From Polyangia bacterium (GTDB taxonomy: Bacteria; Myxococcota_A; Polyangia; JAAYKL01), in NCBI GenBank assembly GCA_050304755.1, contig JBNLED010000113.1, positions 4,376 through 68,375 of the forward strand: a stretch of DNA of 64,000 nucleotides, in the 5' to 3' direction. The position numbers were made by a program, and so were the translations under genes. Each line of letters begins with the position of its first letter. Within the stretch, counting starts at the first letter, position 1. The notes beneath the pieces are model-generated. The model saw only the letters and a list, made by a program, of their open reading frames with translations, did not search any database and was not told the origin of the DNA. Of the stretch, positions 61,093-64,000 are shown in pieces.

Positions 61093-61863
61093 TCACTCGT
61101 CGCGTCGCGCCACGGCGGGATCGAGGAGGTGGGTGGGGTGAATATTCTTGAGGGCGCCGAGCATGGAGTGCTTGAGCCCGGGATACTGCCGATCCAGATC
61201 CCGGAGCAGGGCCTCGATCAGGAGGCGGTGGTGGTTCGTCTGTTGGTCGCAGAGCCCGCAGGGCACGATGGGGAAGCCCACGAGCCCGCTCAGGCGGATG
61301 AGGTCATCCTCGGGGATCTCCACCATGGGTCTGATGACCTCGAGGTCCCCCGCGTTGGTGCGGTATCGGGCGGGCATGGCCTGGAGGGTGCCGGCGAAGA
61401 ACAGGTTGAGGAGCAGGGTGGAGAGGGCATCCTCCCGGTGGTGGCCGAGGGCCACCTTGTTGCAACCGAGTCGCCGCGCCGTGGTGTAGAGCACCCCCCG
61501 CCGGAGCCGGGAGCAGATGGCGCATGGGGTCTCCCCGGGCCGGAGATGGCGCTTGACGATGGAGAAAGTGTCCTCCTCCACGAGCTCGAACCGAAGGTCC
61601 TGCCGCCCCATCCACTCGATGAGGGGCGTCGGGTCCACCCCGGGCTGCCCCTGACTCACATGGCAGGCGATGAGCTCCAGCCGAAAGGGCAGCCGCCTGA
61701 CCAGACGGGAGAGCAGATAGATGAGGCCGTAGCTGTCCTTCCCGCCGCTCAACGCCACCAGCACCCGGTCGTCCGGTGCGAGCACGCCATAGCGGATGCT
61801 GGTCTCCGCGATCCGTCGGGTCAGACGCTTTTCGAGCCTTACAAGTTGTCTCTCCCGTTCCAT
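61093..61863 (-). CDS. ttcA: tRNA 2-thiocytidine(32) synthetase
   Basis: The PP-loop is VLVALSGGKDSYGL. The paired CxxC motifs are CAICSRLRRG and CGLCDQ. The length of 256 aa is typical. Confidence 0.8.
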   Translation of the reverse strand: MERERQLVRLEKRLTRRIAETSIRYGVLAPDDRVLVALSGGKDSYGLIYLLSRLVRRLPFRLELIACHVSQGQPGVDPTPLIEWMGRQDLRFELVEEDTFSIVKRHLRPGETPCAICSRLRRGVLYTTARRLGCNKVALGHHREDALSTLLLNLFFAGTLQAMPARYRTNAGDLEVIRPMVEIPEDDLIRLSGLVGFPIVPCGLCDQQTNHHRLLIEALLRDLDRQYPGLKHSMLGALKNIHPTHLLDPAVARRDE

Positions 61864-62014
61864 GTGTCCTCGTTCGCCGCTTCTCGCCGACAGCCGGGAG
61901 AGTCTGCCTCAAAAGGGGCACCCTGGTCCATCCATTTCGGGTTCTACAAAACCCCCGTTTTCTGAAATAATCATCGGGAATCGCCGTATCCGTTACCGGC
62001 ACGAGACATGACCT

Positions 62015-62602
62015 GTGACACAACACGCTCTAAAACAGACCGAAATCGAAACCGAGATCATCCGTGCGGCCTTTGGCGGCGACGGCCGGGCGTTTCACCA
62101 AATCGTGAAACGATACCAGGGGCCGGTCTACAACCTCTGCTACCGGTTCACCCAAACGGACGCGGAGGACGCGGCCCAGGAGACCTTCGTGAAGGCGTTC
62201 CTCAACCGGAGGCGCTTCGACCCCGCACGACCGCTCCTCCCGTGGCTGCTCACCATCGCGAGGCGGCTCTGCATCGACCGGTCCAGGCGGAGGGGACCGC
62301 GGTTTCACGACCTTCTGGACGACGAACGCCTGGCGGACGACGGAATCCCGGCGGACGATCGGCTGGACCAGAAGGAGACGGTCTCCCTGCTCTCAAAGGC
62401 CCTCGATACCCTGCCGGAGGGACAACGGGAGGCGGTTGTGCTACACCATGTGGAGGGCCTCGCCTACAAGGAGGTAGCCGAGGTCCTGGAGGTCCCCATG
62501 GGCACGGTGATGACCTGGCTCCATCGGGGACGCGCCCGATTGGAGGCGTGTGTGAATGAGATGAAGCAAGGTGGATCACTCGAGAGGGGAGGAATGGGAT
62601 GA
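62015..62602 (+). CDS. ECF-subfamily RNA polymerase sigma-70 factor
   Basis: Region 2 is YQGPVYNLCYRFTQTDAEDAAQETFVKAF. Region 4 is LPEGQREAVVLHHVEGLAYKEVAEVLEVPMGTVMTWLHRGRARL. Confidence 0.85.
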   Translation: MTQHALKQTEIETEIIRAAFGGDGRAFHQIVKRYQGPVYNLCYRFTQTDAEDAAQETFVKAFLNRRRFDPARPLLPWLLTIARRLCIDRSRRRGPRFHDLLDDERLADDGIPADDRLDQKETVSLLSKALDTLPEGQREAVVLHHVEGLAYKEVAEVLEVPMGTVMTWLHRGRARLEACVNEMKQGGSLERGGMG

Positions 62603-63003
62603 ACGACCGGAGGAAATCCGAGCCCGGCGCCGAGGAATTCGCCCGCGCGCTCATCGCCGTCGCATCGCGGCCGCTCCCCGGTGACTTCGCCCGCCGGACC
62701 ACCGCCCGTTTCGAGGCGACGGTCGCCAAACGCCGACGCCGGCGGCTCATCATCGCCATCACCACTACCTGTCTGCTCGGAATGGCGGGGGCCTGGGCGC
62801 TGCTCCTGGACGCCTTCGGGCTGACCGGAGCGATTCGGGACAGCCTCATCGATACCGCGGTGGTCATGGACTCCCTCATGACCCTCTGGTCCCACCTCCC
62901 CACCATGGGAGTTCTGTTCAGCGTCGGGTTGATGGCCCTGGTGCTCCTTAACTACGCCCTGCTCTCCAAGCTCGGCAACGGCGCGGGACAATTGGACCGG
63001 TAG
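62599..63003 (+). CDS. Putative membrane anti-sigma factor
   Basis: The start codon overlaps the sigma-factor stop codon in an ATGA arrangement. An N-terminal cytoplasmic segment is followed by transmembrane helices (LIIAITTTCLLGMAGAWALLL; VLFSVGLMALVLL). Confidence 0.5.
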   Translation: MNDRRKSEPGAEEFARALIAVASRPLPGDFARRTTARFEATVAKRRRRRLIIAITTTCLLGMAGAWALLLDAFGLTGAIRDSLIDTAVVMDSLMTLWSHLPTMGVLFSVGLMALVLLNYALLSKLGNGAGQLDR

Positions 63004-63135
63004 AATTCGATCCCCGAGTAAGAGCGATCTGTCCTGATTGGGGCGACCGGTCCTCATCGAGTACATGACCCCTTTTCGCCGCGGAAGTATTTCGTTACTA
63101 CTACAACTGGTTTACATTAAGGGGGAAAGGCGACC

Positions 63136-64000
63136 GTGAAAAAAGACAAGCCCAAAGTCCTCATCGTCGATGACCGGGATCGATACGTGGAGCTGGCCCA
63201 CGCCCTGCTGCGGGATTATGAGTACGCGACCCGGTGTGAGCTCGCCGGGCCCTGCTGGGAGTGTCCGGCAAGGGAGGGGTGCATTCTCACCCACGCCCAT
63301 GACTGGGCCGAAACCGCTCAGGCGCTGGATCGGCATCCGGATGTGGACGTGGTGCTCCTCGATTTGACCTTCGACCTTCCGGAGGAGCGTCTCATTATGA
63401 CCGACGGCGGGCTGTCCCGTAGCCGGCGGCTCCAGGGCATCGAAATCCTCAAGCGGCTGAGGGAGCGCCACGGCGATCTGCCGGTGGTGCTCATGACCTC
63501 CATGGAGGAGCTCCGGTTCGAGGACGCCGCCGAGTCCCTCGAGGTGGACGAGTTCGCGGTGATGGCCGGGGCGGATGCCTTCGACGCCAGGGCCGTGGGG
63601 ATGCTGGTGGAGCGAATCCTGGCGCGGAAGGCCGAGGTCCGGGGGGCGTCGACCTATCGGTTCGGCGGCTCATCGGAGATGAAGCGGATCCGCTCGGACG
63701 CCCTGAATCTGGCCAGGACCTCCCTGCCCATGCTGATCACCGGGGAGCCCGGCACCGGAAAGAGCGCCCTCGCCGAGCAGGAGATCCACCCCGCCACCGG
63801 CCGGGACGGCCCCTTCGTAGCGTTGGATCTCGGCGCCATCCCCGAGACCCTCATGGCCGCCGAGCTGTTCGGCAGCGCGAGGGGGGCTTTCAGCGGCGCC
63901 GTGGATCGGGCCGGCGCCTTCGAGCACGCGGCCGGTGGGACGATATTCCTCGACGAGATCGGAAACCTCCCCCTGGAGGTCCAGCGGATGCTGCTGGTGA
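63136..64000 (+). CDS. Sigma-54-dependent response regulator (NtrC family); 5' part, continuing beyond the window
   Basis: The start is GTG 63136 with an AAGG ribosome-binding site. The receiver-like N-terminus is KVLIVDDRDRYVELA...VVLLDL...LPVVLMTSM. The AAA+ module contains PMLITGEPGTGKSALAE, GAFSGA and GGTIFLDEIGNLPLEVQ. Confidence 0.75.
   Translation, partial: MKKDKPKVLIVDDRDRYVELAHALLRDYEYATRCELAGPCWECPAREGCILTHAHDWAETAQALDRHPDVDVVLLDLTFDLPEERLIMTDGGLSRSRRLQGIEILKRLRERHGDLPVVLMTSMEELRFEDAAESLEVDEFAVMAGADAFDARAVGMLVERILARKAEVRGASTYRFGGSSEMKRIRSDALNLARTSLPMLITGEPGTGKSALAEQEIHPATGRDGPFVALDLGAIPETLMAAELFGSARGAFSGAVDRAGAFEHAAGGTIFLDEIGNLPLEVQRMLLV

Overview
High-GC (about 68%) bacterial chromosome segment with a Myxococcota/Bradymonadota-like gene repertoire: many Hanks-type kinases, sigma-54 activators, lipoproteins and cysteine-rich secreted proteins. 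No rRNA, tRNA, CRISPR array or transposase was found. The window begins inside pnp (PNPase 3' end, with an unusual RGG/RD-rich tail). A 17.5-kb minus-strand block at 1.6-19.2 kb is a tandemly duplicated two-gene cassette of giant cysteine-rich lipoproteins, and is the most striking feature in the window. Each cassette has one protein of 1,089-1,244 aa built from CxSGHCxxGxCC modules and one of about 1,800 aa built from CDDGNxCTxDxC-type repeats (one copy also has a LamG-like domain); all four end in PPC-like beta-sandwich modules and none has a recognisable catalytic domain. An AT-rich 200-bp promoter island with a perfect 12-bp palindrome lies upstream of the block. A secretome island follows at 19-29 kb: a vWA lipoprotein, a GH5 glycosidase, a fibro-slime-domain lipoprotein, several lipoproteins joined by nucleotide-level tandem Asp-rich (DTDTDA)n repeats, and a delta-9-type fatty-acid desaturase. 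Downstream are an STK with four small, translationally coupled lipoprotein/exported-protein genes, then the dnaG-rpoD-purF housekeeping block and an Fe-ADH. A 1,702-aa protein fuses a Ser/Thr kinase, an AAA/TPR region, a GAF domain and a sigma-54 activator. The remaining genes are a gamma-CA-like protein, a SPOR lipoprotein, a methyltransferase, an Smr protein, a SulP transporter carrying four tandem STAS domains, an SGNH esterase, a PAS sigma-54 activator, ttcA, an ECF sigma/anti-sigma pair and a partial NtrC-type regulator. Two decayed pseudogene remnants were also noticed: a fibro-slime fragment with a poly-C frameshift and an LVIVD-repeat fragment.
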